Shown: positions 38,652 through 51,450 of the stretch, in pieces
How positions within the stretch are numbered: position 1 is the stretch's first letter
Layout of the letters: every line of letters begins with the position of its first letter
Origin: Podarcis muralis
Taxonomy: Eukaryota
Direction of reading: 5' to 3'
Assembly (NCBI RefSeq): GCF_964188315.1
Contig: NC_135657.1
Coordinates: 31,062,001 to 31,126,000 of the forward strand
DNA length: 64,000 nucleotides
Made by a program: the position numbers and the translations under genes
Notes under the pieces: model-generated
Database searches by the model: none
What the model saw: only the letters and a program-made list of their open reading frames with translations
Told to the model about the DNA's origin: nothing

Positions 38652-40538
38652 TTAAAGGTCTGTTTGCAATATTAAGCCTCTACCTAGAACCACCATAAAT
38701 CTGCAATACTGTGCACGCTTACTTGGGAGCGAATGTCACACCCCCAAAATAAACATGCATAGGATTATGCTGTACAGCTAAATGTGAATGGTGAGCCAAC
38801 TCAGGTAGAAATTGGAAAGCCGTCCCATTGACCTTAATGAGGTGGTAGCAATAGAAACTTAGCTCATTCAGAATATTTTGCTTTGGTTAAAGATAAAAAG
38901 CAATCGTACATATTATTGGCTTGAAAATCTGGAACGTTGTGCAGCCACCATATGTCTCTCCCCCCCCCCCCCTTTAGGTCCTGCTGTATGCAACTATCAC
39001 CCAGTTGACTAAAATTTCACCTTTCTGTTGTAAATCATTGCAAAGTTGAGTTAGCAGTATGGCAACAATTGCCTTGGTAAGGTAGCTTCTCCAGTAAGTT
39101 TATTAAACAAGGCAATAATCAGAATCTTCTTTTTGGGGTGGCTTGAAGTAAAATAATAACAATATTTTCTTAAAATACATTTTGTTATTGTGAATGATAC
39201 ACATATTCTGAATGGGTAGCTCTTTCTGTGAATGGCTGGATCAATAGCTGAATAGTGGCTCACAAAATGCCACACACACTTACCTTCGAATAAACCCCAC
39301 AGAATTAAACAGGACTTACGTCTGAGTAGATATGCATAAAATTGCACTGTTTGGTTGCAGTCTTGCACCCATGTCCCTGGAAGAAAATCCTGCTGAACTC
39401 AGTGGGACTTACTTCTGAGCGGATGCATATAGGATTGCACTGTTAGTGTATCCATCTTGTTTGGAGGGAAGGTGAGGAACAGATTATGCCTGGCTGAAAA
39501 TAAGGGTGGGACCCAGGTGTGATTTCTAGCCTGGGTCATGCACTTCCTATTTTTATGTTAATAAAAAAATTAATGATTGTGAGCTGCTTCTAATCTGCAT
39601 TTTCTTGCAGGTGCAAGTCCACTGAGGTGCTACACTGAGCAAATTTCCAAAGAGCTTGGATTAATGACTGTGTACTCACATTATGAGTGAAATAGCAAAC
39701 CGCCTTGGCCTTGCACATCAGCTTTCATACATTTCTTTAGTTGCAAGGCTGGAAGCAGCCCCTCCAATGGAATGCTGTTCCCCATTCTTCTAGCCTTACT
39801 CTGTACTGCATTTAGTCACAGTAATTGCACTGATCATGAATAAAATGTCATTGTTCTGACTGGTTTGATTCCCAATACATCAAATTGATGCAGGAAATAG
39901 AATCCTTTCCCTGCTAACAATTAGCTGCGTTTACTGTAAAACTTTTTGAGTGGCTTCCTGCTGCACAATGAGTAATAGACAAGTGTGAAAAGTATGTCAG
40001 AAGGAGGCATTTCCTTAGCTCTCTGTAGTCTCTCTACTCACCTCTTGCATGCTGAGTAGAGAGAGGAGCTACAAAAAATTCAACAGCAATAGGTATGTGC
40101 ATCTGCCCAGGCAAACACCTGACTAGCAGGATATGTTTGTACGTGTACTGAAATCAAGAAACTTTGCACAACGAACAGTATATAGAACCTGGACTGCCTC
40201 CACAATTTTCTTTTTCTGGATTTTGAGTTAAAAAGTAAGACTTTGGCTTGCCTCAGACCTTGCGTGTTTCCAGCAATCACTGTCATTTAAGAAGATGCAT
40301 GTGTACGTTGTCATTTGAGGCAATTGCACATTCGTAGGTTTTGCTGCGAAGTACACTTTATACAACAGACCTTGATATTATTGCAGGCTGTGTCCCCCCT
40401 TTAACATTTCTATTAATTGTGCTACAATTCATAGCTACAAAAAACTATTTTCCTCCATCCTATGCTGCGTGAACAGTTTCACCAAATCAATATTGTAATC
40501 CCATTCTCTTCCTAAACACATCTGGGTCTGCTCTGTGT

Positions 40539-40727
40539 NNNNNNNNNNNNNNNNNNNNNNNNNNNNNNNNNNNNNNNNNNNNNNNNNNNNNNNNNNNNNN
40601 NNNNNNNNNNNNNNNNNNNNNNNNNNNNNNNNNNNNNNNNNNNNNNNNNNNNNNNNNNNNNNNNNNNNNNNNNNNNNNNNNNNNNNNNNNNNNNNNNNNN
40701 NNNNNNNNNNNNNNNNNNNNNNNNNNN
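40539..40727. other. Assembly gap
   Basis: Run of 189 N. Confidence 1.
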
Positions 40728-41258
40728 GAAGTCATTTTGCCTGGGGTTGTTGAGTTGGCATCCATCTGTCTTGAGAAACAATGGAGTACACCTCCGGGAT
40801 TGAAGTCCAACTGCTGGAGAATCACAGTGCCTGCTGTGGCTGCAAAGGCTCTTAACTGCTGCCTCCCTCATGGTTTTTACTGTATTAGCAGCACCAAAGT
40901 GACCTTTCTAGGGCACATTGCTGGGCAGTGCATATAGGGTTCCTGGGCTGGCCAGATGACAAGACTCCTCTCTCTTGGCCTCACCATCTGCCCCCTCATT
41001 TCCCTCTACAGCACATGCAGAAACCTCCTTCTTGACCCCTGTACCCACTATTAGCCTTGCTCGCTCAATCCACTGGTGTCTGACTCTGCATGCAGGTGAA
41101 GTCCCTAACTTGCCAAGGTTTGACACCCGCTGGTTACCCTTGTCTGTTTTAGCCATCCAGTTGAAACCATTTCCCAGCGTGTGGCTGCTGCATGCTGAAA
41201 GCTTCCAAGAGCCACAGGTGAGAGCTAAGTGCAGGGTGGGGACCAAAGGTGAACAAAC
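40728..41258 (-). mobile_element. Interspersed repeat, probably the 5' region of an RTE-clade LINE, internally deleted
   Basis: Resembles from memory a common lacertid repeat (TTGAGTTGGCATCCATCTGTCT...GGTGAGAGCT.AGTGCAGGGTGGGGACCAAAGG); GC-rich, no ORF. Family assignment not verified. Confidence 0.4.
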
Positions 41259-41732
41259 CACAGTTCAAGAAGGACACTGACAAACTGGAACATGTCCAGA
41301 GGAGGGCAACCAAAATGGTCAAAGGCCTGGAAACGATGCCTTATGAGGAACGGCTAAGGGAGCTGGGCATGTTTAGCCTGGAGAAGAGGAGGTTAAGGGG
41401 TGATATGATAGCCATGTTCAAATATATAAAAGGATGTCATATAGAGGAGGGAGAAAGGTTGTTTTCTGCTGCTCCAGAGAAGCGGACACGGAGCAATGGA
41501 TCCAAACTACAAGAAAGAAGATTCCACCTAAACATTAGGAAGAACTTCCTGACAGTAAGAGCTGTTCGACAGTGGAATTGGCTGCCAAGGAGTGTGGTGG
41601 AGTCTCCTTCTTTGGAGGTCTTTAAGCAGAGGCTTGACAACCATATGTCAGGAGTGCTCTGATGGTGTTTCCTGCTTGGCAGGGGTTGGACTCGATGGCC
41701 CTTGTGGTCTCTTCCAACTCTATGATTCTATG
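41259..41732 (+). mobile_element. CR1 LINE 3' fragment, relatively young
   Basis: Intact frame [24 protein letters not shown]...[17 protein letters not shown]; tail CCAACTCTATGATTCTATG; AAAC on both sides as a possible short TSD. Confidence 0.97.
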
Positions 41733-44700
41733 AAACTACCCCTCTCCTAACATCCCATGCACCCCCATAGAATACAATAGGACTTACAGTATATCTGAGT
41801 AGACATGGTTAGAATTGCAGGCTAAGATTGCAAGTCTCTGCAAATTCACCTGGGAGTAATCCCCATTGAAAACTGGGATTTACTTCAAAGCTGCTGCTGC
41901 TGTGCTGTCCAGAGCCAAGCCATGGTTTGATGTGGCATTTTGTTAATCCCTGGTCTCATGGTTTTTCTCCCCCAGATGAACCACAAGCCACAAAGCTTAG
42001 CCACAACTTGTAGTTTGTCAGGACCAAATTAATGTCACTGGATCTAGATTGTAACCACCACCACCCTTTTCTTTTTACAGGTCTTAAGTGTAAAACATAG
42101 ATCCTGTTAAGTGCCAAGTTACAGGAATTCAAGTTGCATGACTTTTCTGAGTTCTTTCAGCTACTATCAGCATCCTTCTGCATCAGGCCTGTCTTTTATA
42201 GTTTCTTCAATATGAGAACAAGCCTTGGCAATTTCTTATGAAAGAAGGGTGTCTGTTTTTCAACAGCTAGCATAATTGATCACAATAGTGTGGGTTAATT
42301 GGAGAAAACTGAAAGCAAGTGTGAAGTCAATAAAAAACAATCTCAGATTATTTGAACTAGAAATCAACTTAAAATATTCATATAATAAAAATGTTTATAG
42401 GCCAACTGTAAACTGTGAATCAGGAGGGGCAGAGTTTTCCACAGAATCATGGGTGGTGATACCTCGCCGCAAGAGTAATGTCTGGGTGGGGCGCGTTTGT
42501 TGACCAAAGCCCAAAATCCCACTGGGCATGCCCAAATCCTTGGGCACAATTAAAGTTGCATTTTGGATTCTGCTCTGTCAACGTAAATAGCAGAAAAATG
42601 GATTGTGTGACACCCTTCCTGCGCAAAAGAAAATAAAGATTTTCTCTCACCAAACTGCTACTATTACACAATTTGCTTCAGTGTATAGGATTTATAGGAC
42701 TGCTGCGATGATCAAATAGCTAACATCTTGTTTTCATAATGTTTTATTTCCAGAGTCAATACAATTATCTTGCTAGCTAAACACATTTATTTGAGAAAGG
42801 ACATAGTTATGGCTTCTTAGGTGCCAAGGAACATCTTGTCACATTTAATCTTGAGCAGATTAACATCAACTTTGTCATCTTCAGTCCTCGGCTCATTTAA
42901 GACGGAGGCTCTTCACCTCTCAAGTCCACGTAAGGATATTAAATATTTCTTGCTCATATCAATGCTCATAAAAAGGGCAATCTTCACCCGCCTATTAGTT
43001 TGGTTTTATTGTATTAATGCAGCAACAAGAAGTTTGATTTTGTTCATTCGGTAAGCAGTCACACTAAATTGTGTTTGGGAAGAATACCCTCAGCTGTTTA
43101 GGGTACAGTACACCTAAATGTGATGCGGGAACTCAAGGATTACGATCACTCATAATAACTCTTTTCAATTATAGCAACGCTGAATCAGATTGGAACTGGA
43201 GAAGCCATGGTGGGTGGGTGTTCACCCTTTCCCCACAACCATTTGTTGGACTAATTGGTTGGACTTATCTCTTGCCTTTCTGCCAAGGTGCTCAAAGCAG
43301 CTGATGATTGTAAAATACTAAAAAAGAAATGTGACAATATATAGAACAGCAAAGTTCTTCTGGGAGCTGAATGCATAAGTGGCCTGGGTGTCATCAGCAT
43401 TTTGATGGCACTGTCCTACAAATCTCCTAATGTCCACCACCCTTTTTCAGATCTTATTGTATAGCGTTACATTTGCACCAGTGTTAATGCTAACAGAGCA
43501 TCGAAAGGCAAACCCCTCTCCTACCTAGCAGGGAGAGATCATCCTCTGCCCAAACCCTCAAAGCAACTGCCTGGTGGGCTGAGAGGAATGTGATTTCCAT
43601 GGGGAGTAACGTACATAGGGATGGCTCCTCCATGCTCCCCCATTGCAACCAGACTCCTTTTAGTCTGCCAAATAGCTGTGGCTGACATGAGGAGGGCAAA
43701 CAGGGCAGGGGCACACACTGCATGCACTCTCTCTCTCTCACCTCCCTTCTTGTGTTTGAATTTCTCCATCCCCCTTTCAGATCAAGTCAAGGCATAGCGA
43801 TACATATGCACCGTTGTTAATGCTAACTTGGCCAACTTCAAACCCTGGTTGGTAACTGGTTTAAAGCTAACCAGTGTTACAGAACTATCCATGGCTACTC
43901 AGAAGTAAGTTATATTTAACTCAATGGGGCTTGCTCCCAGGTAAGTATGAATAGGACTGCACCCTTAGTGTTCCTGTTGGCTGAGATGTAATGCAGCACC
44001 ATGGTTAATTCCAAAGGGGAAGGGAAGGGGATCTCTCAGCAGGAGATAGGGGAGGAAGGAAAGGAAAGGAGATTACAAGCCTGTGGTCTGCTCTTGATTA
44101 TGCTCTTGATTATGGCGAGGAGACTGGGAATGTTACACCTACAGGAAGTCTTTGTTATGAAACGTAGCCCTTTCTGTAGTGTTTCTGGAATATGTAACAG
44201 CATATAGATTTCACTTTATACCTTGATCAAGTTACTTCAGCCTTGTGTGTCCCTGTGTTTCCCATTTGTAATAAGCTGAGATAATAACATTGCACCCACA
44301 GGTGTAAAAGCATTATGAAATTAACTTAAAGATGTCATAAAACTTAAGAGCTATGTTAATATTCCATTTCAAAAACATTGTCTAGCTTCAGAATAATAGT
44401 GTGTTTTTTTAAGGCTAGTGTGTCGCATGTCACACCACGAAAGTTTCCTTAGCAGCATAAGTCTTTAAAATTGTAATATGAATTATCTAGGCTTTAAGGA
44501 GATGGGAGTTCTTATTAGCGTGGAAGGCAGGCCTTCTTTCAGGTTCACTTCAGGTCTGCAGCATTTTGAATGAAAGAAAAGGTGTTTTATTAGCAATCAA
44601 AGCAATTCATAGTTCCAGAGCATCTGATGTGCAGCGGTGTGCTGTGTAGGAGTATTTTAGTTCTGACTGTGTGGTAATTATCCAAAGTGAGCCTGAGCTG

Positions 44701-45444
44701 ACAGGCAGCATTCAGAACTATCTAGTTTTATTGAAATTCATAATGTGAGAAGGGGGCAGAATCCAGTTAGGTAGGCAGACAGTGTGGCTTGCACTGAGGT
44801 TGATACAATGGCATCCTTTGCTTTGAAACTGGAGCAAAACTATCCTGCTATGCTGGCTATGAGAGGCAATTTCATTAGAAAAGTTCTATCAAAATGTAGA
44901 TGTGTAGGCATGTCTCTGTTTCTACAGTGGCTAAAATGCTTCTGGAATGCCCTATGACAGAGGCAGCCAACATGGAGCCCCAAAGATGCTTTGAACTACA
45001 ACTCCCATCCTTCCTCGCCATTCACCATGCTAGCTGGGGCTGATGGGAGCTGCAGTCTAACAGTGTCTGGAGGGCACCATGTTGGCTGCCCCTGCCCTAT
45101 AAACTTACTGTGCCAATCTCTACACTTAGTAATGCCATGACCCTAACTTTAAGCAGTGACCTAGCCTCTGACACGGGGGGAAGGGAAGCAGCTGTGTCAG
45201 GATGCCAACCGTGGAGGTACTAGGCTAGGGCACTTTAAGGTTTTTGGCTCTTCGGCAAGGGGTGGGTGAGGGTGGTAGTCAGAGCCAAGGAGTACATAAG
45301 TGGAGATTTGGCGCAACTGAAAATAGTGTGCGCTTCCATTCAAGGAGTGAATGGGATCTGCTCAACCTGGCATATCTCCATGCCAAGACAAAAGTGTGGC
45401 AGGTTGTTATCTGAGAAACGTTGTTTGCAGATGACACTTACTTT

Positions 45445-45720
45445 ACATCATTCAGCCCGGACACTGAGGTCCAGCGCTGAGGGCCTTCTGGCGGTTCCCT
45501 CATTGCGAGAAGTGAGGTTACAGGGAACCAGACAGAGGACCTTCTCGGTAGTGGCACCCGCCCTGTGGAACGCCCTCCCTTCAGATGTGAAGGAACTAAG
45601 CAGCTATCCTATTTTTAAAAGACATCTGAAGGCTGCCCTGTTTAGGGAAGTTTTTAATATTTAATGCTGTATTGTTTTTAACACTCGATTGGGAGCCGCC
45701 CAGAGTGGCTGGAGAAACTC
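45445..45720 (+). mobile_element. L2 LINE 3' end
   Basis: ARTLRSSAEGLLAVPSLREVRLQGTRQRTFSVVAPALWNALPSDVKELSSYPIFKRHLKAALFREVF, then 3' UTR GAGCCGCCCAGAGTGG running into the N gap. Confidence 0.85.
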
Positions 45721-45860
45721 NNNNNNNNNNNNNNNNNNNNNNNNNNNNNNNNNNNNNNNNNNNNNNNNNNNNNNNNNNNNNNNNNNNNNNNNNNNNNNNN
45801 NNNNNNNNNNNNNNNNNNNNNNNNNNNNNNNNNNNNNNNNNNNNNNNNNNNNNNNNNNNN
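45721..45860. other. Assembly gap
   Basis: Run of 140 N. Confidence 1.
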
Positions 45861-45916
45861 CAATCTGAGGAAGCTCTACAGAGTATCATCAACCGTTTTG
45901 CCCAAGCCTGCAGGGA
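45861..45916 (+). mobile_element. RTE-clade LINE reverse transcriptase fragment (emerges from N gap)
   Basis: Encodes QSEEALQSIINRFAQACRD, matching the RTE RT segment after the YADD motif (HSEEDLQ.L.DRF..AC.DFGL). Confidence 0.7.
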
Positions 45917-46131
45917 CTTGTTTGGAGGTTCTAGCAGGGAGCACATCTATGGTATAGTCTTGACCGAATAATGGTACACTCCTTCTATCTGGGATGGCCA
46001 TCCTCTTCCACCAAGTGCGCAGCTTTGGGAGCGATGAGGGAGGGAGGGGACACCCGCCTAGCCAGCCAGATCAGCCAAGTCAACCCTGGCGATCAATGGG
46101 GTGACATGTCACAGATAAATCCCCCTCACAT
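45917..46131 (-). pseudogene. RN7SK: 7SK snRNA retrocopy, 3'-truncated and diverged
   Basis: Minus strand reads ATGTGAGGGGGATTTATCTGTGACATGTCACCCCATTGATCGCCAGGGTTGACTTGGCTGATCTGGCTGGCTAGGCGGGTGTCC...CCTGCTAGAACCTCCAAACAAG. This is colinear with roughly the first 240 nt of vertebrate 7SK; one internal deletion; 3' hairpin and U-tail missing. Confidence 0.93.
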
Positions 46132-46149
46132 TTTAATGAAATATTGGGT

Positions 46150-46830
46150 CCTGAGTTAGATAGAAATACACCGATAAGGAAGAAAACATTTTTAGTCAGG
46201 CAAAGGCTTAGACAATATATGCAATAATTTAATCTGATAGAACCATGGCCAACCAAAAGAGATTACACATTTCTGTCAGCCCTACACCATAATTTCTTGA
46301 GATTGGATTATTTCTTAACCTCATCCTCACTGTACCATCAAATTCAAGATTGCAGTATTGACATCAGTTATGTATCTGATCATAACGCAGTTATCCTGAA
46401 ACGTGAATTTCATAAATCAACTAAAGTAGGGAAAAATTGGTACTTCAATATCTCCCTACTTAATGATAAGGAATTTACACAACACATGTGAGCAGAGGCT
46501 GTAAAATACTTTGAGCTGGATGCTGAGATAGCATCTGCACGTATATTTGAATGAGGAAGCATACAAACATATACAGATTTATTGGTACCAAAACTTCATC
46601 AGTTGTATGATGAGATACCTGATAAAGGCATCTTATCAACAATATTTAACCAAGCTTATATCACAGTTATTCCCATATCAAATAAGGATCACACAAAATG
46701 TGTGAATATATCTTTGATGTTGATAGAAAAAAATTACTAGCAAAAAGAATCCAACAGGTCATTGCGGTGGTAATCAAGAGGGATCAGACCGGCTTTATAA
46801 AAACAAGACAGGCTGCAGGTAACATTAGAT
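46150..46830 (+). mobile_element. Degraded L1/Tx1-clade LINE ORF2 fragment (endonuclease and start of RT, internally deleted)
   Basis: DYTFLSALHHNFLRLDYFL...SDHNAVILK...WYFNISLLNDKEF endonuclease motifs, then KLLAKRIQQVIAVVIKRDQTGFIKTRQAAGNIR RT motif; stops and frameshifts. Confidence 0.88.
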
Positions 46831-48384
46831 TAGGATTAGGATTAGACATTAGATTAGTGGTAGATTTGGTTGATTTAAATAAAAAGATCAGTTTGTAGAT
46901 CCTGTATAGGTCTCTACAGCCATAGCAGGTGCTGTAACTCTCCAGCTGTTTGACTTTACTGCAATCTTCCATTGTCTCTTGAGACACATGGATGTGAACA
47001 AATGAATAAATAAATAAATACTACACGCACTTCAAAACCAATAGTGCAGCTCCCCCATAGCAGCCCCCAAACAAGTTAAAAATGCTTTATTTAAAATATC
47101 TGTAAAAACCACCCAGTTCCCAAGCCATTATGCCACATCTGTTTCTGATGACTGATGCTGTAACCGTAGCAACAGCAGCAGCACCATCACTCCATGCTAG
47201 ACATTGTGGAACTAGACATTGTAGTAAATGCATGGCTGTCACTGAGAATAGTGCTGCCTATTTCGTTCCCTTCACCCACTCTATACTGCCTAGTTCAGGG
47301 TTGCCAACATGGTGCCCTCCAAGTTTTGTTGTCCCTGACCATTGACAATACTGACTGGGGCTGATGGGTGCTGTAGTCCATCAACATCCGGACTACAGTG
47401 CCCTGATGTCATGTGCATTTCTTCACTTCTGTCATTCACTGCCTCTGGCAGGGGGCATAGCGAATACACAGTATCATGATATCAGGTTCTAGGTGGTGAA
47501 ATCAGCTGCTGTTTTTGGTAGCAGCCAACTGTGTATTATAACGTAAAGCCTAGTCTCATCACAAGCTGATTCCTGACTAGATCCCAACATGATAATTCAT
47601 AACTGTACTGTCAAAGCAATTCCCCATCCTTGACAGCACAGGAGCTGATGGGAAGAAATTCTTAGTTTATGTAGAATGAGGGTAATTCTCTGATTTAAGC
47701 TGAGCCGGTTAATATGCTTGCAAATCTATTTCTGGATGAATCTTTGCATAGCTAATTTAGCACTTGAAAAGCAATATCATATCTGAAGTACCAAAAAAGC
47801 AATCTCTGCTTACAAAGTAACCAAGACAATTGAATTCAGACCAACGGAAGCAGTTTCCAACAGTGCACTCATTTCCATTTGAATGCTCATTTGAGAACTC
47901 TTACATTCCAGGTTCAATGGCAACATTAATTGATATATTAATTGCATGAACATATCTATACCACGAGAGTGGAGATAAAATGTAAAACTGAAGCTAGCCA
48001 ATCATATGGTCAGTGTTAGAAAGATTAGACTCTATACTAGTAATTTTAAGATGTTCTTGAGATGATGACAAATAGTGCTCATTATAGGTATCATTTATGT
48101 TGAAGGATTTCCCCCCTGATTTTCTAATCAGGGAGGCTGGCAAGATAATAGTACAGTACAAAATCTATAAAAGAAAACATCCAGGCATCCTAACCACACT
48201 TATCCCAAGAGGGCTGGCACTTCCAGGTAAGCCCATCTGCCAGCAGGATGTGTACGTCAGTCCTGGTGCCCGGCAGGCCACATGGGCCCCAACAGCTGCC
48301 TGGGTATGCCAGGTGCTGACACTGGCCCTGGATAAAATCAAAAGGCTTGTTTGCAATCTACCCTCGGCGCTCACGACTCAGTGC

Positions 48385-50087
48385 CTAAACAAGAGGAAGA
48401 ACAAGCTACTAGTAGGTTCTCTGAGTGGAGAAGACAGATAATACTATTGGACGACAAAACAAAGGTAGAACTGCACAAAACCTGTTTTGCCTCTGTCTTC
48501 ACCCAAATGGAAAGCAGTACCTAACCTGCTGATAACAGAGGATGATGCAAGAGGAAGCTGCAGCTCAAGCAGTGGCGTAGCGTGGGGGGTGCAGGGGGGC
48601 CCGGCCGCAACATCTGGGGTTAGGGCAAATCCACAGGTTAGGGGGCGCAAATCCACGGGTTAGGGGGCGCAAATCCACGGGTTAGGGGGCGCAAATTACT
48701 TGCCTTGCCCCGGGTGCTGACAACCCACGCTACGCCACTGAGCTCAAGATAGGAAAACAGGTAGTAAGGGAACATCTAGCGACTTTAATTCAAATCTCCA
48801 GGGCCTGATGAGCTTCACCCAATGATGCTAAAGGAGCTTGTAGATGTAACCTCAGAGCTTCTATCTATAGCCTTTCAGAATTCTTGGAGAACAGGAAAGC
48901 AGACTGCAGGCAGGCAAATGTTGTCCCCATTTTCAAAAAGGGAGAAAAAGAAGACCCAGGTAACTACCAACCGGTGAGCTTTACATCAATACCAGGAAAG
49001 GTCCTGGAACAGATAATAAAATGGTTGGTCTGTGAGTACTTAGAAAAGGATGTTGTGATCACTAAGACACAGCATGAGTTTCTCAAAAACAAGTCATGCT
49101 AGATGAATCTCATTTCTTTTTTATAGAATTACAAGCTTGTTGGATCAGGGGAATGCTGTGGATGTAATTTATCTTGATTTCAGTAAGGCTTTTGACAAAG
49201 TCCCCCATGTTCTTCATGTGGTGTTAGGTGGATTTCTAGCTGGTTGACTGACTGAACCCCAAGAGTGCTCATTATTGGTTCCTTATTATCCTGGGAAAAA
49301 GTGACACGTGGGGTGCCTCGGGGTTCTGTCCTGGGTCTGTTGTTGTTCAACATCTTTATAAACAACTTGGATAAAGGAATTGAGGAGCTGCTCATCAGAT
49401 TTTCAGATGACACCAAACTGGGAAGGGTAGCTAATGCCACAGAAGACAGAACTGGGATTCAAGAGGACCATAACAGATTGAAGAACTGGGCCGAAACTAA
49501 CAAAATTTATTTCAATGGGGACAAATGTAAGGTTCTACACTTAAGCAGGGGAAAGCAGTTGCACAAATGTAAGATACCACTCTATTCTGCGTTGATCAGA
49601 CTTCACCTGGAGTATTGTCTTTAAGGATATTGACAAGCTGGAATGTGTGCAGAAGAGGGCAACCAAGATGATCAACAATCTGGAAAACAAGTCTTACGAG
49701 GAATAGTTGAGGGAGTTGGGTATGTTTAGCCTGGATAGGAGATGGGAAGGAGATATGATGGTCATCTTCAAAAATATTAAGGGATGTCAAAGGGAAGATG
49801 GAGCAAGCTTGTTTTCCCTTGTTCTGGAGGGTAGGATCCAAACCCATGGCTTCCAGTTACAAGAAAAGAGATTCTAAACCTCAGGAAGAACTTTCTGATA
49901 GTAAGAGCTGTTTCACAGTGGAACAGATTCCCTCAGAAGCTTGTGGACTCTCCTTCCTTGGAGATTTTTAAGCAGAGGTTGGATGGCCACCTGTCATGGA
50001 TGCTTTAGTTGAGATTTCTGCATTGCAGGGGATTGGATTAGATGACCCTCTGGGTATCTTCCAACTCTATGATTCTGTGATTATATG
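48385..50087 (+). mobile_element. Long degraded CR1 LINE (ORF2 RT to 3' tail), interrupted by a MITE
   Basis: KSPGPDELHP, ANVVPIFKKGEKEDPGNYQPVSFTSIPGK, GVPRGSVLGLLLFNIFIN and FSDDTKLG motifs plus CR1 tail; several frameshifts and deletions. Confidence 0.95.
48570..48740. mobile_element. hAT-type MITE of the same family, with internal 22-bp tandem repeats, inserted in CR1
   Basis: Same TIRs; perfect 8-bp TSD AGCTCAAG; three copies of GGGTTAGGGGGCGCAAATCCAC plus a partial copy. Confidence 0.93.
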
Positions 50088-51396
50088 AAATCTCTGTCTA
50101 TACCCTTTCCGATGGAAAGTTTATCCCAAAAGAGATAAACAGAACAGGATGTTTTCTAAACATGGAATCGCTCCAAATTATTTAGGAGGTACTTGATTTG
50201 TTAATCAGTCCAAACAGAAAACAAATAAATAAAGTATAATGGTGCCCTTTTCACTCATCCCTCATAGAGCAGTTTTACAGATTTCTAGACCTATTGCCTG
50301 CTGTTTCTAATGGAATTTTAATGGCTCTTACTTCCGAGAGATTTGTTTTTGAACAGTGGGAGAGTGTAAAGATTTGGACTCTCCAATCCATTTATGAGGT
50401 CAGGTATAATAACATCGCATTTGAAGCTCGGTATGAAAGAAACCACAGGGTATTCCTAAGCAGCACTAGAAGCAGCAGGGAAACAAAGCCATTCCCCCAA
50501 TTGCATTGGTCTTCTCATCAATTAACTCATTACTGGAGTCAAGCTACCAACCAGATGCAGCAGAGGAACAGAAATCACAGAGCAGAAGTGAAGAAAACGT
50601 TTTGCAACCATTTTTGAAGTGCAGAAGATCATCTATATGAGTAAATCCTGTTTCTTTTCCCCACACAGAACGTTATGAAACAAATCTTTGGGAAATGTCA
50701 CATTTAAGCATGTAAACATTAGATAGAAGTGTATCATGTTATGATAGCCTGGAGAGTCATAATGGTAGTGCACTGCATACTCACAACAGAAATAGATATA
50801 TGTATGAAATGTCATTTTACATTCACCTCTTCTTGTACTAGATGATGAACGCTGCTTTTTGAATTAGCATTAGATCATACTATGGCAGTGCAGCCAGTTA
50901 CAAGATTTGCTAAACTACCCAGCTGTTTATTCCTTTAATATTTATTCAGATGTGTTTATATAACAATTGAACAATCTATCTTATGATATTGTTTATATAT
51001 TCAGATGCTCTATTTGCATTTGATAAAGCATTTAATGAGATTTTGCCTCTCTCCCCATCATGACACTCTGTATAGTTTTCTTTTATAAATGACACAATCA
51101 CTTCACTTGTCTCTGGGTGCCTCCTTTGTTATTGCCTCTGCTCTGAAAATATCCGCAGTCTTCTCCTCTGCATTGTATTGAAGATGGCACCTTTTTATCT
51201 CAGTCATGGCTCTGCCTCTTCCCACTCATCTGAAGGACCTGCACTCCTTGTGGGAAGAACAGTCATACGCCTTCAATCTTGCACCCCTTCTGTTTCATTC
51301 CCTATCTCTGTTTCCTGTACTGAAACTGAGAGACAAACAGTGACAAGAATTATTTCATTGTCAACATCCTAAATGGTCCCCAAGTGCCTCAAATCC

Positions 51397-51399
<3 letters not shown>

Positions 51400-51446
<47 letters not shown>
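51400..51446. repeat. (TG)n microsatellite
   Basis: Perfect dinucleotide run. Confidence 0.95.

Positions 51447-51450
<4 letters not shown>

Noticed and set aside
48600-48700. Interstitial telomeric array or CRISPR-like array
   Set aside because: TTAGGG occurs singly within a 22-bp unit inside a MITE; the units are contiguous without unique spacers and the DNA is eukaryotic.
50294-50617. 107-aa plus-strand ORF
   Set aside because: No recognisable homology; overlaps a minus-strand exon candidate with better splice signals. No resemblance to the DNAH14 N-terminus as I recall it.
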